48,051 nt of DNA from Deltaproteobacteria bacterium RIFCSPLOWO2_02_FULL_50_16. GTDB taxonomy: Bacteria; UBA10199; 2-02-FULL-50-16. The notes beneath the pieces are model-generated. The model was not told where the DNA came from. It did no database searches and worked only from the letters and a program-made list of their open reading frames with translations. The stretch spans positions 1 to 48,051 of the forward strand of contig MGSF01000062.1 in assembly GCA_001798715.1 (NCBI GenBank). Reading direction: 5' to 3'. Shown piece after piece: positions 7,895 through 16,341 of the stretch. Both the position numbers and the translations under genes were made by a program. Positions within the stretch are counted from its first letter, which is position 1; every line of letters begins with the position of its first letter.

Positions 7895-8623
7895 TCAAGA
7901 CCTTTTTGGGGTCCTCACAAAGAACCACCAATAAATGCCCCCGGAGAGCGCATAGCCGGTGAGGACGTCAACAATATAGTGTTGTTTCACGAGGACGACG
8001 GAAAAGCCGATAATGACGGAGGCGCCCAAGAGGATATAGGAAAGCCACCGGCGATAGTTCCAAATGGATAAAGCGGAGAGCGTGCTGGTCGAGACGTGCA
8101 TGGAGGGAAAACAATTGTAGGGGAGATCCAGCCAGTAATAAAATTGAACGGAAATTAAGAGCCACGAGTCAGGGGTTCCCAGATCGGGACGGTAGGAATA
8201 TTTTACGGGGAAAAGAGTAAAAATTATAAAATGGAGGGTGACACAAACAATAAAACTCAGGAAGATTTTTCGAAAATATTGATAATCAGAGACGGTAAAA
8301 TAAACAATGATAAATATAAGAAAAATAAGAGAGTAGGCATATATCAATATGGGGACAAACGGGAGGTCCTTCTCGAAGGGTAGGAGAAGATCAAAGGTGC
8401 GGGTGCGAAAACTCGTCAAATAATTAGCGACGAGATAACCGCCAAGATAATAGGCAACGATAAAAAGAAAAAGGAGATTTTTTTTAAATTCTTCTTCGGT
8501 GGTAAGATTGGGCGGATTTTTCAAAGTTCCCCCTTCGGTTCTGGTGACCCCAATTTGACTTATCTCCTTTCCTGTTGTCAAGCCTTGTGATCTTGGGATA
8601 TAGATAGTGTGTGTCAAAATCAA
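7895..8623 (-). CDS. PAP2_C-type (sphingomyelin/IPC-synthase-like) integral membrane phosphatase/transferase
   Basis: Multi-TM protein with FPSMHVS and KQHYIVDVLTG motifs (PSxH ... HYxxD). The 5' end as drawn overlaps the divergent coaC start, so the true start is probably internal (non-ATG). Confidence 0.5.
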   Translation of the reverse strand: MILTHTIYIPRSQGLTTGKEISQIGVTRTEGGTLKNPPNLTTEEEFKKNLLFLFIVAYYLGGYLVANYLTSFRTRTFDLLLPFEKDLPFVPILIYAYSLIFLIFIIVYFTVSDYQYFRKIFLSFIVCVTLHFIIFTLFPVKYSYRPDLGTPDSWLLISVQFYYWLDLPYNCFPSMHVSTSTLSALSIWNYRRWLSYILLGASVIIGFSVVLVKQHYIVDVLTGYALSGGIYWWFFVRTPKRS

Positions 8624-9177
8624 AAAACATCGTTATAGGCGTTTCAGGGGGGATTGCTGCTTATAAGGTGTGCGATCTGATCAGGCGCCTCAAAGATAAA
8701 AAATTTGATGTTCATGTCATCATGACGCGTCATGCCCAAGAGTTTGTTACCCCTCTCACCTTTCAGACCCTCAGTCAAAATCCTGTTCATACGAATCATT
8801 TTGAATTGTCGCAGGAAAAGGAGATCGATCACATTTCATTGGCAGAACATGCCGATATCCTTGTCATTGCCCCCGCCACGGCTAACATTATTGCTAAAAT
8901 CAGAACAGGCATTTGTGACGATTTATTAACCACTGTTGTGTGTGCCACACGGGCCCCTGTGGTGGTGGCTCCATCGATGAATGCCAATATGTGGGAAAAT
9001 CCCATAACTCAGGACAATCTAAAACATCTCAGGCAATTGGGTTATCACATATTGGAACCCGAGTCGGGGGATCTGGCCTGTGGTTATACGGGCAAGGGGC
9101 GATTGCCAGAGACAGAGACGATCCTCTCTTTTGTCCAAAAGGTTCTGGGTCTAAAGAGTCCCTCTAAAAAAAAGTAG
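8611..9177 (+). CDS. coaC: Phosphopantothenoylcysteine decarboxylase (flavoprotein domain), stand-alone
   Basis: GTG start. IVIGVSGGIAAYK, VIMTRHAQEFVTP, PATANIIAKIRTGICDDLL, PSMNANMW. Confidence 0.85.
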   Translation: MSKSKNIVIGVSGGIAAYKVCDLIRRLKDKKFDVHVIMTRHAQEFVTPLTFQTLSQNPVHTNHFELSQEKEIDHISLAEHADILVIAPATANIIAKIRTGICDDLLTTVVCATRAPVVVAPSMNANMWENPITQDNLKHLRQLGYHILEPESGDLACGYTGKGRLPETETILSFVQKVLGLKSPSKKK

Positions 9178-9178
9178 T

Positions 9179-9850
9179 ATGTCCCAAACTCTAAAAGGTC
9201 AGACGGTGCTGATTACGGCAGGTCCGACCCGTGAATACATAGATCCCGTTCGTTTTTTCACCAATCCCTCCACGGGAAAAATGGGATATGCCTTGGCCGA
9301 GGCGGCCCTGAAAAAGGGGGCCAGGGTGATCCTCATTTCCGGCCCAACCCTCTTAAAACCGCCCAAACAATGTTTTTTTGTTGAGGTTGTTTCAGCTCGT
9401 GAGATGTATGAGGTTGTTTTGGAGCATTTTGATGAGGCGGATATGGTCATCAAGACGGCGGCTGTTGCCGACTATCGCCCTCAAAAGACCTCTTTGAAGA
9501 AGATCAAAAAGCAAAACAAGGTCCTCCATCTCAAACTGAGTCCCAATCCGGATATCCTGGCAACCCTGGGGAAGCGGAAAAAAGGACAATTTTTGATTGG
9601 ATTTGCCGCCGAAACAGACAGGACTGTTTTCTATGCACGGAAAAAATTAAAGAAAAAAAACTGTGACCTGATGATTGTCAATCGGGTCGGACGGCATGGA
9701 ATTGGATTTGGCAGTGATTTTAATCAGGTGGCGATTATTCCCCCTTCTGGAAAGGTGTGTCATCTGGGAAGGATGTCCAAAAAGAGACTCGCTCTGAAGA
9801 TAATGAATTATGTCCTTTCTTCTCGGGCTTATCGGAAAACACGCCCCTAG
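9179..9850 (+). CDS. coaB: Phosphopantothenate-cysteine ligase, stand-alone
   Basis: VLITAGPTREYIDPVRFFTNPSTGKMGYALAEAA, AAVADYRP. Starts 1 nt after the coaC stop, in another frame. Confidence 0.85.
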   Translation: MSQTLKGQTVLITAGPTREYIDPVRFFTNPSTGKMGYALAEAALKKGARVILISGPTLLKPPKQCFFVEVVSAREMYEVVLEHFDEADMVIKTAAVADYRPQKTSLKKIKKQNKVLHLKLSPNPDILATLGKRKKGQFLIGFAAETDRTVFYARKKLKKKNCDLMIVNRVGRHGIGFGSDFNQVAIIPPSGKVCHLGRMSKKRLALKIMNYVLSSRAYRKTRP

Positions 9851-10404
9851 GCACGGTCGATGTACTCATTGGACGAGGTGTCCACATTGATCTTGTCCCC
9901 CACATTAATAAAGGGAGGGACTTTGACGGTGAGACCGTTGGAGAGTTTTGCGGGCTTGTAGGAGGCGGAGGCTGTGGCCCCCTTTAAGGGCGGATCACAC
10001 TCCATGACCTCAAGTGTCACTTTTGAAGGGAGTTGTAGGCCCACAACAGTATCGTCATGGAACTCAACCATGACTTTTGTATTGGGTTTTAGATAGTAAA
10101 CGCCATTGGCCACCTGCTCCTCGGTCATGTGGATCTGGTCATAGGTTTCGGAGTCCATGAAGTGATATTCCTTGTCTTGATTGTAGAGGTATTCCATTTC
10201 GCGGGTTCTCATGATGGCCTTTTCGACGGTCTCGGTGGAGCGAAAACGCTTTTCGGTTTTGATGCCGGTGATAATGTTTCGCAGTTCAGTTTGAACGACG
10301 GCGTTGCCCTTTCCCGGCGTCACGTGATGAAGGGTGAGGACGCGAAAGAGCCCCCCATCGATAAATAGAACATTGCCCACACGGATTTGGGTGGCACTTA
10401 TCAT
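9847..10404 (-). CDS. efp: Elongation factor P
   Basis: 185 aa. MISATQIRVGNVLFIDGGLFRVLTLHHVTPGKGNAVVQTELRN is a typical EF-P N-terminus including the KPGKG-like loop. Confidence 0.95.
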   Translation of the reverse strand: MISATQIRVGNVLFIDGGLFRVLTLHHVTPGKGNAVVQTELRNIITGIKTEKRFRSTETVEKAIMRTREMEYLYNQDKEYHFMDSETYDQIHMTEEQVANGVYYLKPNTKVMVEFHDDTVVGLQLPSKVTLEVMECDPPLKGATASASYKPAKLSNGLTVKVPPFINVGDKINVDTSSNEYIDRA

Positions 10405-10423
10405 AATCTTTCTCCTTAGAGGT

Positions 10424-11338
10424 CTACATATAGTCGATCATTTGAGGGAGGTCAACAGGGCGATAGAGGCCTTCCTTTAATTTCTTCTTTACTGTGAGGA
10501 TCATTGTTTCAGAGTCCTTGAGGGAGATGAGATGGCGTCTTAAGGCCTTTTTCATGCGTTTTCGGACAATAGCAGCATAATTTATTTTTTCGGCCCCCGT
10601 GGGATCAAGGGAAACACATTTTGCCTTTTTTGGGTTGGCGAGAAAATCCATGATAAAGTCGATAGAAAGCTTACGATACATCCTGATGTCCGCCTCATCG
10701 AGCGTCCACTTGGATATCCTGGCCAGACGAGAAGCCCCGTTTTCCCACTGTTTCAGGCGATGAAGCATAAGGATGCTGTTGAAGATGCGTTTGTTTGTTT
10801 TAAACGAAAACAAGGTGCGTTTTAACATTTTTTGGAACAACTCGTCGTTGCCTTTGAAATCGTGTTTTGTCAGTTCACGAAAATGACTCCACACGATTTT
10901 TGGACGGCTGATATCATAGCGAAGCTCCCAGTAAGTATGTTTCAAGGTTCGTGTGCGAAAACTGCGGATGAGTTTATAAGGGACATAAAAATTGTGGGAC
11001 ACGGTATCCGCAGCCAGATGGGTCAGATAGCCGTAGGCACAGGCCTGTTGTCTTTTTGTCTTGGCCTCGTTTAGGAGGAGAAACCCCATGCGCCAGTTGT
11101 GGCAATTATAAATATACTCGACATAGGCCTTTCCCACAGTAATGTCGGCCGCGAGAGAGCCGTAGAGAAAATCATAAGGATAGGCCTTGAGCAAACCCTT
11201 GACCACGGGCGAAAGAGTCGCTATGTGCTGGAGGACATAGGAGGAGTAATCAAGATGAGTGATGGGGCCCCAGCACCAGGCATCCACGGGGACCAATAAA
11301 ACGAACACCAGCGAGGCAATAAAGAAAAACGGCATCAT
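10424..11338 (-). CDS. Zinc-dependent phospholipase C-like family protein
   Basis: Signal peptide followed by CWGPITHLDY (the W-G-x-x-T-H start typical of the Zn-PLC fold) and further His/Asp-rich blocks (LTHLAADTVSHNF). Confidence 0.55.
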   Translation of the reverse strand: MMPFFFIASLVFVLLVPVDAWCWGPITHLDYSSYVLQHIATLSPVVKGLLKAYPYDFLYGSLAADITVGKAYVEYIYNCHNWRMGFLLLNEAKTKRQQACAYGYLTHLAADTVSHNFYVPYKLIRSFRTRTLKHTYWELRYDISRPKIVWSHFRELTKHDFKGNDELFQKMLKRTLFSFKTNKRIFNSILMLHRLKQWENGASRLARISKWTLDEADIRMYRKLSIDFIMDFLANPKKAKCVSLDPTGAEKINYAAIVRKRMKKALRRHLISLKDSETMILTVKKKLKEGLYRPVDLPQMIDYM

Positions 11339-11360
11339 AAAATTAAATTAAGGTTTCTCT

Positions 11361-12029
11361 ATGAAATCAATGCAAGATGAAATATCTTCTCTTATTCAAG
11401 ACGTAAAATCAAATATTAATATGGAGGGGGCCCGAGGGGTGAGATATCTTTCCGTGGGTCGTTCTCGGACATCGTCCAAGGCATTGCAGGCCATTCGTGA
11501 AGAGATGGGGGAGTGCTCTCGGTGCAAACTTTGTGAGGAAAGGACTCATATTGTTTTTGGAGTGGGGAACCCGAAGGCGGAACTCCTATTTATTGGTGAG
11601 GGTCCTGGACGGGATGAGGATCTTCAGGGAGAGCCCTTTGTCGGTCGTGCGGGTCAATTATTGACCAAGATTATCCAAGCCATGCAGATGCAACGTTCCG
11701 ATGTTTACATTGCCAATATTGTCAAATGCCGTCCTCCCAATAACCGCTACCCAGAACCCGATGAGGTGTCGACATGCCTTCCTTTTTTGATTCGACAGAT
11801 CGAGGCGATTCGGCCCAAAGTTATTGTCAGCTTGGGAAATTTGGCGGCACAGAGCCTGTTGCAAACCAATCAAGGGGTCTCGGCCTTAAGGGGCCATTTC
11901 CGCGAATATTGTGGGATCCCCCTTATGCCGACCTTTCATCCGGCCTATCTCTTGAGAAATCCCCCCAAGAAGCGTGAAGTGTGGGAAGATATGAAAAAGG
12001 TCATGAAAAAACTTAAGACTGAGTCTTGA
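11361..12029 (+). CDS. Family 4 uracil-DNA glycosylase
   Basis: CSRCKLC...VFGVGNPKAELLFIGEGPGRDEDLQGEPFVGRAGQLL...NIVKCRPPNNR...HPAYLLR. Confidence 0.85.
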   Translation: MKSMQDEISSLIQDVKSNINMEGARGVRYLSVGRSRTSSKALQAIREEMGECSRCKLCEERTHIVFGVGNPKAELLFIGEGPGRDEDLQGEPFVGRAGQLLTKIIQAMQMQRSDVYIANIVKCRPPNNRYPEPDEVSTCLPFLIRQIEAIRPKVIVSLGNLAAQSLLQTNQGVSALRGHFREYCGIPLMPTFHPAYLLRNPPKKREVWEDMKKVMKKLKTES

Positions 12030-13584
12030 ACAGGTGATGAACCTCTCCCATCACTTTACCCGAGTCACTGTCGGTCTTGGTTTTGTCCTTTTTGACTGGT
12101 TTTTTCTTGCGGGGTTTTAGGAAAAGTTCAAAGCGATTGCGACCTTTGCGTTTGGCCTTGTAAAGGGCGGCATCGGCGTTCTTGACAAGGACCTCGTAAT
12201 CCCTGGCATCTACGGGATAACTCGCTATCCCGATGCTGACGGTCAGCCGGCCGCCGGGTTGGGAAGAGGACTTGGGAAAATTGTGTTTTGAAATGGCATC
12301 CAAAATTTTTGTAGCGACGATTTTGCTGGAGGCCTTCGAGGTGTTGGGAAGAATGACGGCAAACTCCTCCCCTCCAAAGCGGGCCCAAAAATCGACCTCC
12401 CGAAGATAGTGGGGAATGAGCTGGGCAAATTCACGCAGGAGGATATCCCCCGCAATATGTCCGTAGGTGTCATTATACAGCTTAAAATGGTCGATATCGA
12501 TCATCAGTAGAGATGTTTGTTTGCGAAACCTCTTGGCCCGAACGACTTCTTGGGGAAGTATCTGATAAAAATAGCGACGATTGTAGATCTGTGTGAGTTC
12601 GTCCAGGATGGCGACCTCCTTCATGGTGTCGTAGAGCTTTGCATTCATGAGGGCGATGGCCATCTGGCTTGCAGCGGCTTCCAGGAGATCGATTTCCTCG
12701 TCAGAAAAGGCGTAAGGATCTGGACGTGTAAAATTGAGGACCCCGATCAGATTGTCCTGGAAAACGAGGGGGAGGGATAGGAAGGAGCCATCCTCAAAAC
12801 GTTCCCCTTTGTAATAGAGGTATTGGGATTCTTTGTGGGTGTCGGGGATATAGATTTTTTTGCAAGACTTGATCACCTGACCTGAGACGCCTTCTCCTAC
12901 GGCGAATGTAATCTTTTTAATGGCCTCCGGATTTTTAAAACCCATGAGCGCCTTGACTTCGAGGATCTGCTTTTCCACATTATAAAGAAAAAGGGCAAAG
13001 TCTCTGATGCCCAATTTTGTCGTCAGGGCCTCGCCAATAACCTGAAAAAGATTTTCCTTTTCGATAGTCGAGGTCAGCATGCGGGCCATGTCGATGAGAA
13101 GGGATTGTTCGCGCAGTTTATTTTCCAGGGCCTTGTTTGTCTTTGCGATTGTCTTGGATTTTTCCTCCAGGGCCTTTTTGTATTTCAGCTCTTCCTGGGC
13201 CATGATGAGATCACGCTCGGTTTCTATCTTGAAGGCATCGAGTGTCGTGACTTTTTGGAGCATGCGATTAAAAACACTGCCCAAATCACCGATGACATCT
13301 TTGGTTTTGACAGGAACGCGAAGGAGAAAGCTTTTCTTTTCCGATTGAAGCATGATGCGGCGCATAGAGTTCAGGGGACGTTCCACTATGGAGTAGGTGA
13401 ACAGAAAGACCGTCGTTGCCGAAAAAATAACCGTGAGGAGAATCAAGACCCACCATCGTCCTTGATGGAAGAGTTGGGGTTTTTCAAAACCAATGATGGA
13501 AAAAATGGTGATAAAGACGACCGTCAGAACGAGACTGGTTCCAAAGGAAAGCTTGAGGCCTAGGGAGGGCTTTGGCAATTTCAT
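12013..13584 (-). CDS. Membrane-anchored GAF-GGDEF diguanylate cyclase
   Basis: Two N-terminal TM helices, a coiled coil, a GAF-like region and a GGDEF domain with RFGGEEFAVIL and KRKGRNRF. Confidence 0.85.
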   Translation of the reverse strand: MKLPKPSLGLKLSFGTSLVLTVVFITIFSIIGFEKPQLFHQGRWWVLILLTVIFSATTVFLFTYSIVERPLNSMRRIMLQSEKKSFLLRVPVKTKDVIGDLGSVFNRMLQKVTTLDAFKIETERDLIMAQEELKYKKALEEKSKTIAKTNKALENKLREQSLLIDMARMLTSTIEKENLFQVIGEALTTKLGIRDFALFLYNVEKQILEVKALMGFKNPEAIKKITFAVGEGVSGQVIKSCKKIYIPDTHKESQYLYYKGERFEDGSFLSLPLVFQDNLIGVLNFTRPDPYAFSDEEIDLLEAAASQMAIALMNAKLYDTMKEVAILDELTQIYNRRYFYQILPQEVVRAKRFRKQTSLLMIDIDHFKLYNDTYGHIAGDILLREFAQLIPHYLREVDFWARFGGEEFAVILPNTSKASSKIVATKILDAISKHNFPKSSSQPGGRLTVSIGIASYPVDARDYEVLVKNADAALYKAKRKGRNRFELFLKPRKKKPVKKDKTKTDSDSGKVMGEVHHLFKTQS

Positions 13585-13661
13585 CTAAGAGAGAGCTTAG
13601 AGCAAAAGGGCTTGTTTTGTCAAAGGTTTCTCCTTGATACCGACCTTGTCCTAGGTTATTG

Positions 13662-14600
13662 ATGCGGGTCATGAAGATCTTTATAGGCCTCCTTTGTGGC
13701 GCCGGTCTCTTTTTGCTTGTCCAACAGCAAGGCTGTCAAAGACCCCCTCCATCGCCCCAGTCTTTGGCCCCGGAGCCTCATTTGAGGGTGGCTCTTCAGC
13801 AGGACCCCTTGATTGTTAAGGAAATCAATATAGAAGGCTATCTCATGGGGGTCTTGGCCCATGAGATCTACGCGGATTGGCCCCTGCCAACATTAATGGC
13901 CCAGGCGGTGGCGTCGCGCAGTTATGCCCTTTACAGATTGTCCCATCCCGTTCATGAAGAATTTGACCTTTCCGCCAGCGTGAGCGATCAGGTTTTTAAT
14001 CCTACCGAAAAACCGCCCCTAAGTGTCATAGAAGCGGTGAGCCAAACCTGGGGTCAGGTCCTCCTTTTCAAGGGTGAAGTCATTCCCGCCTTTTTTCATA
14101 GTTGTTGTGGGGGTTATACAGAGGCGGCCAAGCGCGTATGGCGCTGGGCAGACCCGTACACCTTTTTGGTCTCCCAACCCGATTCCTATTGTGAACATTG
14201 TAAGTATCAGGATTGGGAATATTCTATTCTGAGAGAGACCTTGGCAGAGACGATGAGACACTATGGTTATGATCTCCCGGAGGGGTGGGTCCTTCGATTG
14301 CGGGCGTCCCGGGAATCCCCTCGTATTCGAGAGGTCGATTTTGTGCTGCCTCTTGTGCCGATTCATCCCGTTCGGATGACGGGGGCCCATTTTCGTCAGA
14401 TATTGGGATATCAGAATCTGAAGAGCACCCTCTTCTCCCTTGAGGAAGACGGTCCCCTTTTGACCTTTAAAGGACATGGCTTTGGTCATGGGGTCGGGAT
14501 GTGTCAATGGGGGGCTAAGGGGATGGCATTGGAAGGAAAGACCTTGGAAGACATCCTTCACTTTTATTACCCCGAAACGGAGTTGAAGAGGATTTATTGA
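13662..14600 (+). CDS. SpoIID/LytB-domain protein
   Basis: Signal peptide, EEYLMGVLAHE-like block (IEGYLMGVLAHEIYADWP), AQAVASRSYAL, FHSCCGGYTE, GHGFGHGVGMCQWGA. Confidence 0.8.
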   Translation: MRVMKIFIGLLCGAGLFLLVQQQGCQRPPPSPQSLAPEPHLRVALQQDPLIVKEINIEGYLMGVLAHEIYADWPLPTLMAQAVASRSYALYRLSHPVHEEFDLSASVSDQVFNPTEKPPLSVIEAVSQTWGQVLLFKGEVIPAFFHSCCGGYTEAAKRVWRWADPYTFLVSQPDSYCEHCKYQDWEYSILRETLAETMRHYGYDLPEGWVLRLRASRESPRIREVDFVLPLVPIHPVRMTGAHFRQILGYQNLKSTLFSLEEDGPLLTFKGHGFGHGVGMCQWGAKGMALEGKTLEDILHFYYPETELKRIY

Positions 14601-14602
14601 GT

Positions 14603-14754
14603 GGGAACCTCTAAAAACCACCCATCTGCGGCGTTGCCCCATAAAGAGGGGCTGCTGCGTTTGCCCTTCTCGCGCGGCCCTCAACGTACTGTCTAGTACG
14701 CCTCGGGCCTCGCTCGGCGGGCGCCTTGCATCTGGGTGGTTTTTAGAGGTTCCC
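14603..14754. repeat. 152-bp palindromic element with 22-bp perfect terminal inverted repeats and a GC-rich core
   Basis: gggaacctctaaaaaccaccca (14603-14624) is the exact reverse complement of 14733-14754. The core has internal hairpins (gcccc ataaaga ggggc; ggccc...gggcc). It fills nearly the whole spoIID-queA spacer. Confidence 0.75.
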
Positions 14755-14760
14755 TTTATT

Positions 14761-15795
14761 ATGGACCTGAAGTTATTTGATTATCGCTATCCAAAAGAAT
14801 TAATCGCGCAGCACCCCCTGCCGGAGAGGGAGGCCTCGCGCCTGATGGTTCTCGATCGACGGCAACAGTCATGGGAACATCGGCGCTTTGTTGATCTCCT
14901 AGAATATTTTAAGGCAGGGGATGTCTTGGTTTTGAATGACAGCAAGGTCTTTCCGGCCCGACTCTACGGTATCGACCGGAAGGAACGGCGATTTGAGGTC
15001 TTGCTGTTGTCCCAAAAATCTCCTTTTCAATGGACCTGTCTGGCCTCTCCGATGAAGCCTATCAAGGAGGGGGTCTCCCTGAATTTTGATGGAAAAATAA
15101 CGGGCCATCTGGTGCGAGAAGGGGACGGGGCTTTGATTGTTTTTGAACCCCATCCCAATCTGGAAGAGGTCCTCGATCAAATCGGTCTCCCTCCCTTACC
15201 GCCGTATATTCAACGGTCTTACAATGGGGAGGGAGATGCCGAAGATCGGGAACGCTACCAGACGATCTATGCCGAAAAAAGGGGGTCGGCCGCCGCCCCC
15301 ACGGCGGGATTTCATTTTTCACAAAAAATTTTAGAGGGATTGACATCGATGGGGGTGAAAATCATTTACGTGACCCTCCATATCAGCCGGGACACCTTTT
15401 TGCCCGTGCGTGTGGCCACGATCGAAGATCATCGGATGCATGGGGAGTCTTTTGAGGTCTCGGAGGAGACTGCCCGCGTCATCAATGAGGCAAAGAGAGA
15501 GGGGCGGCGGTTGACCGCCGTTGGGACCACGACGGCTCGGGCCCTGGAATCGGCTTACAGTCCCAAAACAGAAGGCGTCGAGCCCTTACAGAAGATGACT
15601 TCTCTGTTTATAAAACCGGGAGATGCCTTTAAAGTCGTCGATCGATTGCTCACCAATTTTCATCAGCCTCAATCCACCCTTCTCATGATGGTCTCGGCCC
15701 TTGCCGGCCGTGAATTTATCTTAGAGGCCTATCAAGAGGCGATTTGCCAAAAATACCGCCTCTTTTCCTATGGGGATTGCATGTTGATTGTTTGA
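14761..15795 (+). CDS. queA: S-adenosylmethionine:tRNA ribosyltransferase-isomerase
   Basis: 344 aa. FDYRYPKELIAQHP, SRLMVL, PLPPYI, YQTIYA, GSAAAPTAGFHF, VGTTTARALES, TNFHQPQSTLLMMVSA. Confidence 0.95.
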   Translation: MDLKLFDYRYPKELIAQHPLPEREASRLMVLDRRQQSWEHRRFVDLLEYFKAGDVLVLNDSKVFPARLYGIDRKERRFEVLLLSQKSPFQWTCLASPMKPIKEGVSLNFDGKITGHLVREGDGALIVFEPHPNLEEVLDQIGLPPLPPYIQRSYNGEGDAEDRERYQTIYAEKRGSAAAPTAGFHFSQKILEGLTSMGVKIIYVTLHISRDTFLPVRVATIEDHRMHGESFEVSEETARVINEAKREGRRLTAVGTTTARALESAYSPKTEGVEPLQKMTSLFIKPGDAFKVVDRLLTNFHQPQSTLLMMVSALAGREFILEAYQEAICQKYRLFSYGDCMLIV

Positions 15796-16232
15796 TTCTT
15801 TTTTTCATCTATGATGAGTGGCGAGAGCCTTTCTTTGCTTTTGAGGATATCGGCGAGGCTGTATTTTCTCAGAGAATCCAAAAACGCCCTATTGGCTTGC
15901 AAAAAATAGCCTTTCAACCGGCAGGCGAGTGAGATACAACAAGCATTTCTTGCCTCACTGAAGCATTCCACAAGGTTAAAATCAGGCTCGATTTTCTCGA
16001 TGATTTCCCCCATGTTGATGTCTTCTGGCTTTAAGGCCAATGTGATCCCGCCTCCCTTGCCCTGCGAGGAATGAATATAACCAAGCTTGGACAGGGTATG
16101 AACCACCTTAACAAGGTGGTTCTTGGAGATTCCGTAGGCGCTGCTGATTTCGGCAATGGAGGATTTGGTTTTCTTGAGTCCAAGAAAAATCAGGACCCTG
16201 AGAGAATAGTCGCAAAAATTGGTTAATCTCAT
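15768..16232 (-). CDS. Rrf2-family (NsrR/IscR-like) Fe-S transcriptional regulator
   Basis: MRLTNFCDYSLRVLIFLG..., wHTH ISKNHLVKVVHTLSKLGYIHSSQGKGGG and a Cys cluster CFSEARNACCISLAC. Confidence 0.85.
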   Translation of the reverse strand: MRLTNFCDYSLRVLIFLGLKKTKSSIAEISSAYGISKNHLVKVVHTLSKLGYIHSSQGKGGGITLALKPEDINMGEIIEKIEPDFNLVECFSEARNACCISLACRLKGYFLQANRAFLDSLRKYSLADILKSKERLSPLIIDEKKNQTINMQSP

Positions 16233-16264
16233 TTTTTTCCTTGTGTGGCAATTCGGGGCATGAT

Positions 16265-16287
16265 AACATGTATTTTACATACATGTT
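16265..16287. promoter_or_regulatory. Rrf2/NsrR-type operator: 11-1-11 inverted repeat AACATGTATTT T ACATACATGTT
   Basis: 9-bp perfect arms aacatgtat / atacatgtt read directly. Centred in the divergent spacer between the Rrf2 gene (start 16232) and the hemerythrin gene (start 16342). Confidence 0.55.
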
Positions 16288-16341
16288 TTAATTTTCTCAA
16301 GGGAAAATTGAACTTTAAAGAAAAAGAAATGGAGGAAAAGC

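Noticed and set aside
14715-14730. GG-N10-GC match cGGCGGGCGCCTTGCA upstream of queA
   Set aside because: The spacing is right but the -24 block is poor (CGGCGG), and it lies inside a GC-rich palindrome where such matches arise by chance. It is mentioned only within the element finding.
14603-14754. CRISPR repeat-like look of ggtttttagaggttccc
   Set aside because: There are only two copies, in inverted rather than direct orientation, with no spacer array and no cas genes in the window. It is reported as a TIR element instead.
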